A DNA stretch of 64,000 nucleotides from an uncultured virus (IMG/VR IMGVR_UViG_3300036761_004198). Taxonomy: Duplodnaviria; Heunggongvirae; Uroviricota; Caudoviricetes. Below the pieces are notes generated by a model. The model saw only the letters and a list, made by a program, of their open reading frames with translations, was not told the DNA's origin and made no database searches. Shown one piece after another: positions 1 through 8,771 of the stretch (positions are counted from its first letter, which is position 1; each line of letters begins with the position of its first letter). The stretch lies in the IMG/VR virus record IMGVR_UViG_3300036761_004198; one strand, 5' to 3'. Both the position numbers and the translations under genes were made by a program.

Positions 1-294
1 TCAACGCGTCCGCTCCCAGTGATCACGAGCCCGCTCCCACATGTCGAGCTGCCGAGCGTCCTTGACCTGGTCCATGTACCAGGGCAGCCCGGGAAACTCG
101 GTCTCCCATGCGTGCACTTCTTTCTCGTGCGGGCTCAGGCGCGGGCGTGGGCGCTTGGCATACGCGCCGAACACCGTGAGACCAACGACCACAAGACCTG
201 CACCACCGAGCAGCCATGGAACGTTGGAACGTCCCGACGGCGCGTCGGCTCCGATACGTGGGCGAGGGCCGTAGTGACCGCGCTCGTTCGACAT
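1..294 (-). CDS. hypothetical membrane protein
   Basis: Hydrophobic stretch WLLGGAGLVVVGLTVFGAY; TAGACT 6 nt upstream of ATG. Confidence 0.6.
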   Translation of the reverse strand: MSNERGHYGPRPRIGADAPSGRSNVPWLLGGAGLVVVGLTVFGAYAKRPRPRLSPHEKEVHAWETEFPGLPWYMDQVKDARQLDMWERARDHWERTR

Positions 295-308
295 GGATCG
301 AGTCTACC

Positions 309-551
309 TCACGACGACTTGTCGCTCGACAACGACTCGCGCAGTACCTGGTCGGCGACCGTCGTCAACCGGTACTCGTAGGCCGCGTCCGCCTCGCCCT
401 CGTTGCCGCGCCATGCGCGCCGCGTGAGCGCGCCCGCGCGGTACAGGCTCGCGAGCGTGACGCGCTCGCCGCTCGACGCCGCGCGGTACCAAAGGTCCCG
501 CAGGTGGTGGGCGGAAACGACACCGAAGACGTAGCGCTGGAGCTTGGTCAC
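309..551 (-). CDS. hypothetical protein
   Basis: GTG start overlaps the stop of 548..796 (GTGA). Confidence 0.5.
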   Translation of the reverse strand: MTKLQRYVFGVVSAHHLRDLWYRAASSGERVTLASLYRAGALTRRAWRGNEGEADAAYEYRLTTVADQVLRESLSSDKSS

Positions 552-796
552 GACGACGACTTCTCCAGCGCCAGCAGCTCGCGCATCGCGCCGCTCAGCA
601 TGCGCGACTTCTGCTGGAGCGCCCGGCCCCGCAGCTCGCCATCGCAGCACAGGTTCTCGGGGGAGAGCGCGGAGTCCAGCGCGTCGCGCAGCTGCGCTCG
701 GTCCGTAGACGTCAAGCGGTTAACGTCGAGCTGCTTGCCGCCGAACACGGTGGCGTGGAAGTTCTGTTGAGCGACGAACGCAGTCAGCTTCTTCAT
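548..796 (-). CDS. hypothetical protein, first gene after a sigma54-like promoter
   Basis: ATG with GGGAGAG RBS; promoter at 811-825. Confidence 0.65.
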   Translation of the reverse strand: MKKLTAFVAQQNFHATVFGGKQLDVNRLTSTDRAQLRDALDSALSPENLCCDGELRGRALQQKSRMLSGAMRELLALEKSSS

Positions 797-810
797 GGAC
801 TCTCCCTACT

Positions 811-909
811 ACAAACCGCGCGCCAGTCGCCGCACTCGGCAAACCCTCGATCATCCTTGAGCCACGTGCCCAAAAGCGTGATCTTCCATCGACGGGTATC
901 TGGGCACCC
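811..909 (-). promoter_or_regulatory. sigma54-like promoter with one GGGT-N8-ACCC box
   Basis: TGGCGCG-cggt-TTGT (825-811) 14 nt before ATG 796; box at 894-909. Confidence 0.6.
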
Positions 910-946
910 GGATATGTGACGCCTCAAGACCGCGAGACCGCGCGAC

Positions 947-1287
947 GGCTGTGCCTCAGAACCCCCTCTGCTCGGCATTCGGGGGACGCTGACATACCGC
1001 CCATCTGGTCTGGAAAATTGACTGGATGCGAATTCTCCACTCGATCAACCGCGGGCGCCTGCGCTTAATGGCGACATGACGAGCACCGACGAGTACCTGA
1101 CCCTTGACGAGATCGCCGATCTGACGCGAACCCCGCTATCAAGCGTTCGCGCCTGGGTGCGTCTAGGAAAGCTGGCAGCCACTCGTCCCGGACGGCGGGT
1201 GCTGGTGAGCCGTACGGACCTCGATACCTTGCTCCGCACATCTGCTATCCGCGGTCGCACGCAGCCGTGAGCTTGAGGCACCGAGCC
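947..1287. mobile_element. possible decayed non-autonomous derivative of the 43070-50443 transposon
   Basis: 947-968 GGCTGTGCCTCAGAACCCCCTC matches the 43070 end at 19/22; 1273-1287 TTGAGGCAC[CG]AGCC resembles an inverted end; TSD only 6/9. Confidence 0.35.
1076..1270 (+). CDS. excisionase-like HTH DNA-binding protein (HTH_17/MerR-like)
   Basis: YLTLDEIADLT...SVRAWVRLGKLAA..GRRVLV pattern. Confidence 0.85.
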   Translation: MTSTDEYLTLDEIADLTRTPLSSVRAWVRLGKLAATRPGRRVLVSRTDLDTLLRTSAIRGRTQP

Positions 1288-1309
1288 GCGAGCGTCGCAA
1301 GCGCGCTGG

Positions 1310-1576
1310 CTAGATCGTCGCCCCGCCGATCGGAACGAGGGTGGCGTTCACTCCGAAGTAGTCCTTGACCCGCTCTGCGGTCCACGGCCCGTCCTCGTGC
1401 TCCTCGGCGCCGCGATCTTTGAGCCAGCGTGCGGCGAACTTGGCAGCTGCGTCGACGGCCTCCTGCCTGGTGTGCCCAGCGGCCAAGACTTCGTAGGCGA
1501 GCGGCACCTGTGCGACCCAGATCGAACCTTTGGCCGACTTCGTTGCGCGTTTCGACTCGGGTTTCTTGCTGGCCAT
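1310..1576 (-). CDS. hypothetical protein
   Basis: AAGGAA RBS, protein-like composition. Confidence 0.6.
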   Translation of the reverse strand: MASKKPESKRATKSAKGSIWVAQVPLAYEVLAAGHTRQEAVDAAAKFAARWLKDRGAEEHEDGPWTAERVKDYFGVNATLVPIGGATI

Positions 1577-2079
1577 GGTGTCTCGTTTCCTTCCGGTGGT
1601 TACGAAGCGCTCGGTGCCTACGAAGCGCGCGGTGCCTTGTTTTCGCTCACGACGGCACCCGCACGAGCTGTCGATCTTCGACAGATGCCTCGTGGCCGTT
1701 GTCCCAGCGGACGCGGATGCGCGCGCGTGTGCCTCCCGAGCCGTGTGCCACGGCGGTTACCTTGAGGATCGTGCCGACCATGTCGCCGCGTTGCTCGACA
1801 GGGCCTCCGACGGCCTTGTTCCGCGCAACGCGATCGCCCACGGCGAACGGCGTCGTCTTCACGCCGGGCTTCGTCACGGCGTTCCCTCGTTGGTAGGGAT
1901 CGGCAGCACCTGCAAGATCTTGTTGCGTGCTTCCCACTCGTCGTACTCGATGACGGCTCGATAGCCCTGGGCGAGCACGAAGTCCTTGTCGTCGGGAAGG
2001 CTGAAGCGCCGCACCGCTGGCACTGACGCCAGCTCGTGACAGAAGGTGACGGGTCCGTCCGTCGCGTCGACGATGATCA

Positions 2080-2769
2080 TCATGTCGGCGGCAGCCCCAG
2101 CGCCGCACGGCAGCGCTTGCAGGTGACCTTGCTCGGGTCGGAGGTCTTCGCGACGAAGGCCGCGCGACCGCGCCCCACGCCACGGCAGAGCGTGCCGATG
2201 ACCTCACCGCGAGAGGTCTTGACCGGACGCTCCATGTGGACGGTCTCGACCTTCTTCGCCGCGCCGGTCGTCGGGTACTTCTCCGGCGACCACGTCGCGA
2301 TCACCTTCTCGTAGGCGGCGATCGCGCTCCCTGCCGCACGCTCGCGGCTTTCGAGCTTGGCCTTCTCCGAACGGTGCAGCGAAGCGTACGACGGCGCGCC
2401 GGTCCCGTAGGCCGCTTCCTCGCCGTACTTGATGACGACCGGGCGCGAAAGGTCCAGGCGCCCGCCGCGGACGTCGTACTTCGTCGGGTGCCAAGTCAGA
2501 CCGGGGTTCGTTGCGAGGTTGGCGAGAGCAGCCTTTGTGTTTTCGAGAAAGCGCCGCTCACGATCGAGTGCCCACTGCGTGCCCTCCGTCGAGATCCCAA
2601 GATGCGGGAACTGCGTCCCCGCGCACGGGCCCGTGTGGTAGCCGCCATGCTGGCCGTGCCGGACGCCGACGGCCGAGAAGCCGTGTCGGATCGGGCGATC
2701 GCCGTGGAGCTGCATCGAGCGCAGACAGACGCTGCACGTGCCGGCGAGCTTGTCGGTCGCAGATGTCAC
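2080..2769 (-). CDS. hypothetical Cys/His-rich protein
   Basis: CSVC...HG...C and C-terminal CKRC; overlaps downstream gene start. Confidence 0.65.
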   Translation of the reverse strand: MTSATDKLAGTCSVCLRSMQLHGDRPIRHGFSAVGVRHGQHGGYHTGPCAGTQFPHLGISTEGTQWALDRERRFLENTKAALANLATNPGLTWHPTKYDVRGGRLDLSRPVVIKYGEEAAYGTGAPSYASLHRSEKAKLESRERAAGSAIAAYEKVIATWSPEKYPTTGAAKKVETVHMERPVKTSRGEVIGTLCRGVGRGRAAFVAKTSDPSKVTCKRCRAALGLPPT

Positions 2770-2779
2770 GGCGCCTCCA

Positions 2780-3445
2780 TCACAGCGGAGCGTTGCCGGT
2801 TTCCATGATCGAGTCTTCGTCGCGCTTGAGCTTCACGTCGAGGAACTTCTGCGCGCAATCCTCGCCCACGAACATCCCGTGCGTGACGCTGTCGTCGCCG
2901 GTTGCATGCACCGGCACGCGGTGCGACTTCATGACGAGCTTGTTGCAGAGGTTGCAGTGCAGACCACCCGCAAACCGGCTGTCGAAGCGCGTGCCGGGCG
3001 GAAACTGCGGGTAGCCGACCATCACCTTGGCGCGGACCATGCCCTTGATTTTGCCCTGCGGGATCATGCCCCAGCCGCCCTTCTGCTTGCCGCACCGCGG
3101 GCAGTTGCCGTAGGGCTTGTTCGCCTTGGACGCGTCGCGGTGCGCCTCTTGGCTGTAGGCGTGGGTCACCTGGTGACCAGCGCTGTACGGTGGCGGCGGG
3201 ATGACGTGACCATCGACGATCCGCACGAACTTGTGGCCGTGACAGATCGGGCAGGTAACCAGACCCATGACCTCGCGCTCTTCCTCGACCCACTTGATCG
3301 GCGTGAGCTGCCACTGCGACGGCGAGGTGCCCATCTGCGCCAGCGTCACCAGCGCTTTCGCGCTGTGCGGCGTCGTGGCGCCCGCGAGCGCGAGGGACTC
3401 GGCGATCTCGCGATCGAGCTGCGCGGGGCTCTTCTTCTTGGCCAC
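2780..3445 (-). CDS. QLDxEIA-tag protein (N-terminal tag) with CxxC motifs
   Basis: GTG 3445: VAKKKSPAQLDREIAESL; CPIC, CPRC, CNLC. Confidence 0.75.
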   Translation of the reverse strand: MAKKKSPAQLDREIAESLALAGATTPHSAKALVTLAQMGTSPSQWQLTPIKWVEEEREVMGLVTCPICHGHKFVRIVDGHVIPPPPYSAGHQVTHAYSQEAHRDASKANKPYGNCPRCGKQKGGWGMIPQGKIKGMVRAKVMVGYPQFPPGTRFDSRFAGGLHCNLCNKLVMKSHRVPVHATGDDSVTHGMFVGEDCAQKFLDVKLKRDEDSIMETGNAPL

Positions 3446-3447
3446 GA

Positions 3448-3846
3448 CTAGTAGCCCATCTCGTCGTTGTACGCCTCGACACCGTGGAGCATGCCGGCTT
3501 CCATCGCGCGCTCGCGGCGCCACTCTCCGTCGGAGCGCTCCAGCTCGCGGCGGTTGCGCTCGCACGACGGACGATCGGGATTCTGCGTCAGCTCGTGCGT
3601 CTCGGGGCCGTCGATCATGACGTACTCCCACGAGCCGCGCGGCCCGCACGCGAGCGCGAGCTTCGAGTCATCGGGGAACATCACCACCTCGCGGTAGCAC
3701 TGGATCGCCTCCTCGCGCGTGGCGAAGTCATCGCCGGTCCAGCAGTCGTCGTTGTCCGTCTCGTCGGGGTTCGAGCCCCACAGCGTCACGCTGTAGGGCT
3801 TGTCGAGACCGTGGGTGAAGTCGCGGTGCTCGGTGCTCGTGGTCAT
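3448..3846 (-). CDS. hypothetical protein, first gene after a sigma54-like promoter
   Basis: GAGGGAG RBS; promoter at 3861-3875. Confidence 0.7.
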   Translation of the reverse strand: MTTSTEHRDFTHGLDKPYSVTLWGSNPDETDNDDCWTGDDFATREEAIQCYREVVMFPDDSKLALACGPRGSWEYVMIDGPETHELTQNPDRPSCERNRRELERSDGEWRRERAMEAGMLHGVEAYNDEMGY

Positions 3847-3860
3847 GGGCTCCCTCTGAT

Positions 3861-3959
3861 GCGAGTACCACGCCAGGCCATGCGCACGTCAAGTCCGCGA
3901 TCGTGCACGCCTGGGTAGAAAGCTACCCGTGTCGCCACGTGGTGGGTACCTCGAGACCC
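3861..3959 (-). promoter_or_regulatory. sigma54-like promoter with paired GGGT-N8-ACCC boxes
   Basis: TGGCGTG-gtac-TCGC 14 nt before ATG 3846; boxes 3913-3928 and 3944-3959. Confidence 0.7.
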
Positions 3960-3976
3960 GGATATCGAGCTCTACA

Positions 3977-4014
3977 GGCTACGGCTGCTACGGCTACGGC
4001 TGTACGGCTGGCTG
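3977..4014. repeat. imperfect (AC)GGCT microsatellite abutting a transposon-like end
   Basis: ggct acggct gct acggct acggct gt acggct ggctg. Confidence 0.7.
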
Positions 4015-4045
4015 GGCTGTACCCCAAAACTCCCTCGGAAATCCG
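4015..4045 (+). mobile_element. transposon left-end copy (partner end not found)
   Basis: GGCTGTACCCCAAAACTCCCTCGGAAATCCG matches 43070-43100 at 26/31. Confidence 0.65.
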
Positions 4046-4060
4046 CCCTCGACGTGCATC

Positions 4061-4098
4061 GGTAACAGAATGGACCTTCAAGCACGCGTTTTGTTACC
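4061..4098. repeat. 38-bp imperfect palindrome
   Basis: GGTAACAGAA-N18-TTTTGTTACC; same geometry at 45207, 45257, 48256, 50116. Confidence 0.75.
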
Positions 4099-4106
4099 CT
4101 CACGGC

Positions 4107-4760
4107 ATGGTGCGCAAGTCTCCTGCTCAGTTGGACCGTGACATCGCCGAAGCACTGTCGCGGACACCGGGCTCGACAGCGCCCATGACGCACGGAACTT
4201 CCATCGACACCACGACGACCCTTGAGCGCAAGTTCCGTTCTCGTCAACGCGATGCGCTGACGTTGTCAGAGAAGGCGCGGCAGGCTCGTGGGGCTGCCGC
4301 TCGCTGGATGAAACGATCAAGCGCTTATGCACGAGAGGGCGAATTCCGAGCCGCTGATGATGCACAGACCGAGGCTGTTTCGCTCGGACAAATGGCAACT
4401 GACCTTGAAACGGAAGCCGTGCGTATTAGGACCAGGTCGCACGCAACGATGAAAACGATCGCCGCACCGGTCCATCACGATCGCCTGGCCACGGCCATCG
4501 CGAGAGCCGTCCGAGATCCGCACTACTGGCGCGGAGGATCGTTCGACATCGACGATGCGATGCAGGCGCTGCCGAAGCTCCAGGGTGCGTACGACTGGCA
4601 GCGTGTGTTGGACCTGGTCGATGACTATCTGGAGGGTGTCGCCGGTGTTGCTGGCGCGACTGGCGGGGGATTCCCTGAACGTGCTACCCGCGGAGTCGGA
4701 GGTCACGAAGTCAAAGCTGTGCAGGCGATGATTCAACGTCTCCGGCGCGTCTCGTTCTGA
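4107..4760 (+). CDS. QLDxEIA-tag protein (N-terminal tag)
   Basis: MVRKSPAQLDRDIAEAL; internal SHATMK. Confidence 0.75.
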   Translation: MVRKSPAQLDRDIAEALSRTPGSTAPMTHGTSIDTTTTLERKFRSRQRDALTLSEKARQARGAAARWMKRSSAYAREGEFRAADDAQTEAVSLGQMATDLETEAVRIRTRSHATMKTIAAPVHHDRLATAIARAVRDPHYWRGGSFDIDDAMQALPKLQGAYDWQRVLDLVDDYLEGVAGVAGATGGGFPERATRGVGGHEVKAVQAMIQRLRRVSF

Positions 4761-4783
4761 GGTTTCCGACTTCGCGTAGTTCT

Positions 4784-5149
4784 ATGCCTAAAACGCCAAA
4801 GCAACTCGACGATGAGATCGCCGGCGCTCTGGCGCGGCGCAAGGTCATTCAAGATGCGGCGCGGGCAGTGAGATCGGATCTCGAACACGTGGGCTATGGT
4901 GGGGGCCGATGTGCCGACGCGAGCTGTCAGCTCGCAAAGAGACTGAACGCCGCGGGCATCGAAGCGCGGGTGATTGCCGGCCGCTTCAAGATGCCAGAGA
5001 GTAGGGCCGATTCGCCTCATCATTGGGTGGAGGTCGATGGCCACGTGGTCGATCCGACCGTCGACCAATTTCAGATTGGCTTCGACGAACGACTGCCCAA
5101 GATCCTCATCACCTCCTACGAGGATTTTCCGCACTATCGGAAGCCTTGA
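4784..5149 (+). CDS. QLDxEIA-tag protein, transglutaminase/papain-like C-H-D domain
   Basis: MPKTPKQLDDEIAGAL; GRCADAS...HHWVEVDGHVVDPT. Confidence 0.7.
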   Translation: MPKTPKQLDDEIAGALARRKVIQDAARAVRSDLEHVGYGGGRCADASCQLAKRLNAAGIEARVIAGRFKMPESRADSPHHWVEVDGHVVDPTVDQFQIGFDERLPKILITSYEDFPHYRKP

Positions 5150-5180
5150 GAAACCTTGCTGACAACTCCGGCCGAGAGCG

Positions 5181-5714
5181 CTACTTCAGGGGACGCCCAC
5201 ACCGACGACAAATGCGGGCGTGGCCGAGGCTGCGATAGTACCGCTCTTCCTCAGCTGCGAAGTTCCTCTCGTAGACGTAGTCGGGCAGCCTGAAAGCTAG
5301 CTGCGACTCGCGAGCGGGACTCGTATCGTTCAACGCGTCGAGGTCGATCCGATCAAGACAGTACGGCTTACCTTCGGGCATCGTGGCCCAAACAGCCTGC
5401 GCGATCGTCCTGGCGCTCCGTGGGCCTTGCAGATTGTACTTGTGGTTGACGGCGTCGAACTCGGACGGTGACACCGCGTAGTCCACGCCACCGTAATTCT
5501 GAACGACCTCGTAGTTGGTATCGAGGAATGCTTTGAGCGCCTTGGTCTTGGTGTCGTAGCAGACGCGATCCTCTTCGGGCGTTGCCTTGCGCCACCAGTT
5601 CGCGAGTTGGGTGCTGTGGGAAAGGTTTTTGCGGTGAGCTGTAGGCGCGCGACCCGACGCGAGCGCCTCGGCGATCTCGCGGTCGAGCTGGGGCGCGGTC
5701 TTCTTCTTCGCCAT
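5181..5714 (-). CDS. QLDxEIA-tag protein (N-terminal tag)
   Basis: MAKKKTAPQLDREIAEAL; TAGGAT 6 nt before ATG. Confidence 0.8.
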   Translation of the reverse strand: MAKKKTAPQLDREIAEALASGRAPTAHRKNLSHSTQLANWWRKATPEEDRVCYDTKTKALKAFLDTNYEVVQNYGGVDYAVSPSEFDAVNHKYNLQGPRSARTIAQAVWATMPEGKPYCLDRIDLDALNDTSPARESQLAFRLPDYVYERNFAAEEERYYRSLGHARICRRCGRPLK

Positions 5715-5930
5715 GAGGTGATCCTATCAGCTCGACGGCGACGCGGAGCGCGGAGCTATCCGCGGTGAAGATGGTGGGGGTGGTTGGCGTGATCGCCGAA
5801 ACAGCTAGCGCCCGTTTGCGGACGCGCAGTACGAGTCTGTGATCGCCTGACGTCGAAATGATTGCAAAATTCCCGTTGCGGGACTGCGCGAAAATGTACC
5901 TCGCTAGGCGGCCTAGTTACCCTCGGAGCT

Positions 5931-6839
5931 ATGGCAGACATGAACAAGCGAGGACTGGACGATTGCGAGGGTGGTGAAGGTGGCGAGCGCGGCAAGCGCG
6001 GCAAGCGTGGACACCGCGGCCACCGGGGCCACGAGGGTCCGGTGGGACCCACAGGTCCCTCGGGACCTCCAGTCAGTGGATGCACGAACCACCCGAACTC
6101 GCCAGGCATCCAGGCGCTGATGTCCGACCTGGTCTATTGGTCGAAAGACCTTTGGGAGCACTGCATCTTTCACGAGTTCGCGATCACGAATAACCCGGGT
6201 TTCCTTGCCCGCGCGCAGACGCTCGCGAACCCCGGCGCGGGCCCCACGAATTCGTGGCCGGATTTCATAACCGGCGGATATCCCGGCGGCCTCGCGGGCG
6301 CCCGTATTCTCGCGGTCAAGACGCAGACCCTTGAGCAAGATATCTTCAACCAGATGCAGATGCCTGGTCTGCCGGGCTTCGTCGGCTGGCTCTCGCAGGA
6401 TGTCTACGCTCACTGTATCTCCGAGGCGCAAGCGTTCATCGACACCATCGACGGAAAGGTTTGGCAGGTACAAGAGCTGCGAAACCTGTGGTGGAGCTGG
6501 AACGGCGAGCATGCAGCAAGCGGTCAGAGCTTCATCGCGCCGATCTCAGGGAAGACATCGCTCGATCAATCGCGAGCATTCTCGAACAAGTTCTTCGAGC
6601 AACGCGATCAGATGATCGCGATCGGAACTGGAGGCACCGCGTGTAGCTGTGATCTCGATGCGGCGGCCATCGCATCGGGCGTTGCCTACGACAGCTTCCT
6701 CGACGGCTTGCACGTCGGTGCGGGCGCTCCGTTGCAGGTACCCTCGGTCTACATCGAGCTCGTCATCACGCACATCAAAGCCGAGACCGACGCAGCGAAC
6801 CAGATCATCGCCCTGCTCGGCTGCGCGCCGTCGCCTTGA
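5931..6839 (+). CDS. protein with His/Arg collagen-like leader and DUF2935-like helical repeats
   Basis: GERGKRGKRGHRGHRGHEGPVGPTGP; two W-x4-EH ... H-x2-3-E units recalling DUF2935 (by eye). Confidence 0.65.
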   Translation: MADMNKRGLDDCEGGEGGERGKRGKRGHRGHRGHEGPVGPTGPSGPPVSGCTNHPNSPGIQALMSDLVYWSKDLWEHCIFHEFAITNNPGFLARAQTLANPGAGPTNSWPDFITGGYPGGLAGARILAVKTQTLEQDIFNQMQMPGLPGFVGWLSQDVYAHCISEAQAFIDTIDGKVWQVQELRNLWWSWNGEHAASGQSFIAPISGKTSLDQSRAFSNKFFEQRDQMIAIGTGGTACSCDLDAAAIASGVAYDSFLDGLHVGAGAPLQVPSVYIELVITHIKAETDAANQIIALLGCAPSP

Positions 6840-6989
6840 CACTCGACGCAGACGATCGGGGCAGGTGTCAACTTCAACGCCTTCCTCGATAGTCTCCACG
6901 TCGGTGCGGGCGCTCCGACGGAAGTCCAGGCGGTCCTCATTCTGCTCGTGGTGGTGCACATCAAAGCGGAGACGGACGCGACAATGTGA
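6840..6989 (+). pseudogene. diverged in-frame copy of the C-terminal ~45 codons of 5931..6839
   Basis: FLDSLHVGAGAP...HIKAETDA repeated directly after TGA. Confidence 0.65.
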
Positions 6990-7126
6990 CCCTGGCGCTG
7001 CTGAACTACGGCCCGTGATTCGCGTGCTGTGTGATACCCGCGCGCCCGCGTAGAGCGACACCGCGGAGCTGGCCTGTCAGAAGGGCTCCCCTCGTCGACG
7101 AGCACTAGTCGCGATGAGATCGCTCA

Positions 7127-7510
7127 TCAGATCTCCACCGTCGCTACCACGCCCCGCACGTTCCATCGGAACTTCGACAGCCAACGATCGGCCGCGAGGT
7201 GCGGCTCGGGATCGCGGTGGTACTTCGTCAGCGTGATCGTGCGCCGGCCAGATCCCTCGAACGAGTCCTCGATCGAGCGCGCATCGCTCTCGCCCTTGGG
7301 CCACGAGCACGTGTAGCGCAGCATGTCCACCGGGAAGGCCCCGATCCCTTCCACCTCGAAGTCGGTGCGGTAGAGCGCTCCGAGGTAGCCGCGCTCCTCG
7401 GCCGCACGCACTGCGACGATGCAGTCGCTGATAGCCTGATCGGCGCTCTCGCTGTGGCTCCATCTCTGACGCTTGTCCTCCAGGAGCTTGTAGATGTCGA
7501 TGTTGCTCAC
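7127..7510 (-). CDS. hypothetical protein
   Basis: Overlapping start/stop with 7507..8268; FPVDMLRY motif. Confidence 0.65.
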   Translation of the reverse strand: MSNIDIYKLLEDKRQRWSHSESADQAISDCIVAVRAAEERGYLGALYRTDFEVEGIGAFPVDMLRYTCSWPKGESDARSIEDSFEGSGRRTITLTKYHRDPEPHLAADRWLSKFRWNVRGVVATVEI

Positions 7511-8268
7511 GGCGTGTCCTCCTCGCGCCTGCCGTCATTACTCGGCAGAGCGCTGATCTCGGCGTCGACTTCGAGGGCCTTCTTCTCCCACGCGATCAGC
7601 ACTTCCTCGCGGAACGGATAGCGCTCGCGCAGCGCGGGATGGAGCATGAACACCGCCGCGGCGGCGGTCCCATCGAAGTCTCGACGAGGCGCGCCGTGAT
7701 CGCCGACGTCCGACTCCATGAGCCTCACCTGTCCATCTGCCACGGCCATCGCGACGACTGGCCGCGTGTCGTCCTCGCAACCCTCCCCACTCATCAGGGT
7801 CACCGTCAAAATCACGAACGGGAAGGCCGTCGCCAGCGTCTGCCAGTCGGCGCGGATCTCCTCGACGGAGGGCCACTTGCCGACGTTGTCGATGTAGTAG
7901 ATCTGGCCGTCGGGGTGACACCAGCCGTGTGGGCCGTGGATGAAGGACGATCCGATCCAGTTGTTGTGCACGTACTGGGTCTCGATCGCACCCCACACCG
8001 TCTTCCAGCGATCGCAGCGATCCCAGTGCGCCCTCCAGTCGAAACCCTCAGGGTGGCGCTCGGCGTAGTCCTGGAAGTGCGGCATGCGGAACCGCCGCGC
8101 GAGACGGCGATCGCCGTCGCGATCGTTGCAACCATGCCCCGACACGAACCACGAGTCGGTGCGACGGATCACCTCCAGCGCGAGATCTTCGCGGAGACGT
8201 GGGCCGGTGACGATCATCTGGGGCCACTTCGGCAGCCCACGGTTGAGCAGCTCTTCGTCGTCCTTCAT
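7507..8268 (-). CDS. hypothetical phage protein
   Basis: GGAGAA RBS, ATGA overlap. Confidence 0.7.
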   Translation of the reverse strand: MKDDEELLNRGLPKWPQMIVTGPRLREDLALEVIRRTDSWFVSGHGCNDRDGDRRLARRFRMPHFQDYAERHPEGFDWRAHWDRCDRWKTVWGAIETQYVHNNWIGSSFIHGPHGWCHPDGQIYYIDNVGKWPSVEEIRADWQTLATAFPFVILTVTLMSGEGCEDDTRPVVAMAVADGQVRLMESDVGDHGAPRRDFDGTAAAAVFMLHPALRERYPFREEVLIAWEKKALEVDAEISALPSNDGRREEDTP

Positions 8269-8771
8269 TTCTTGTTCTCCACCCGTCGTTGCGCCACAAC
8301 ATCGTGAAGGGCCTGCTGCCGTTCGAGCGACATCGAGCCGAACAGCTCGCGTAGTTCACAGAAGGCCGTCCACGGGGAATTCGGCTGCACGTTGAACATC
8401 CGCTCCCCGAGAGCCAGCTCTTCTTTCGTGAACTCGCGCGTGGACTCCTCCAGCGGATAGGCCCGCCATTCGTACGCGGCTTCCAGGCGCGCCGCGGCCT
8501 CGATCCGCGCGCGGTAGAACGCGTGGATCACGAGCGCCACGATGCGCGCGTCGTACTGCTCTCCGGGGCGCACGCCGCGGACATCACGGAACACGCCCTG
8601 GAGCAATGCGGACGCGCTGCACGTGATCCGCTGCTCGTTCTTGCTGAGGTACAGCCAGACGATCTCGGCGTCGCCGCGGAAATCTTCAGGAACCCAGATC
8701 GTGAGGGAGGAGACCCCGATCGTCTCGGGGTACGGGTCGGCGATGACGTGGCGCTTGGGGCGATCGGTCAT
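8265..8771 (-). CDS. hypothetical protein
   Basis: ATGA overlap chain. Confidence 0.6.
   Translation of the reverse strand: MTDRPKRHVIADPYPETIGVSSLTIWVPEDFRGDAEIVWLYLSKNEQRITCSASALLQGVFRDVRGVRPGEQYDARIVALVIHAFYRARIEAAARLEAAYEWRAYPLEESTREFTKEELALGERMFNVQPNSPWTAFCELRELFGSMSLERQQALHDVVAQRRVENKK

Noticed and set aside
6678..6989. Diversity-generating retroelement TR/VR pair
   Set aside because: Differences are not adenine-specific, many are synonymous, and there is no reverse transcriptase in the window.
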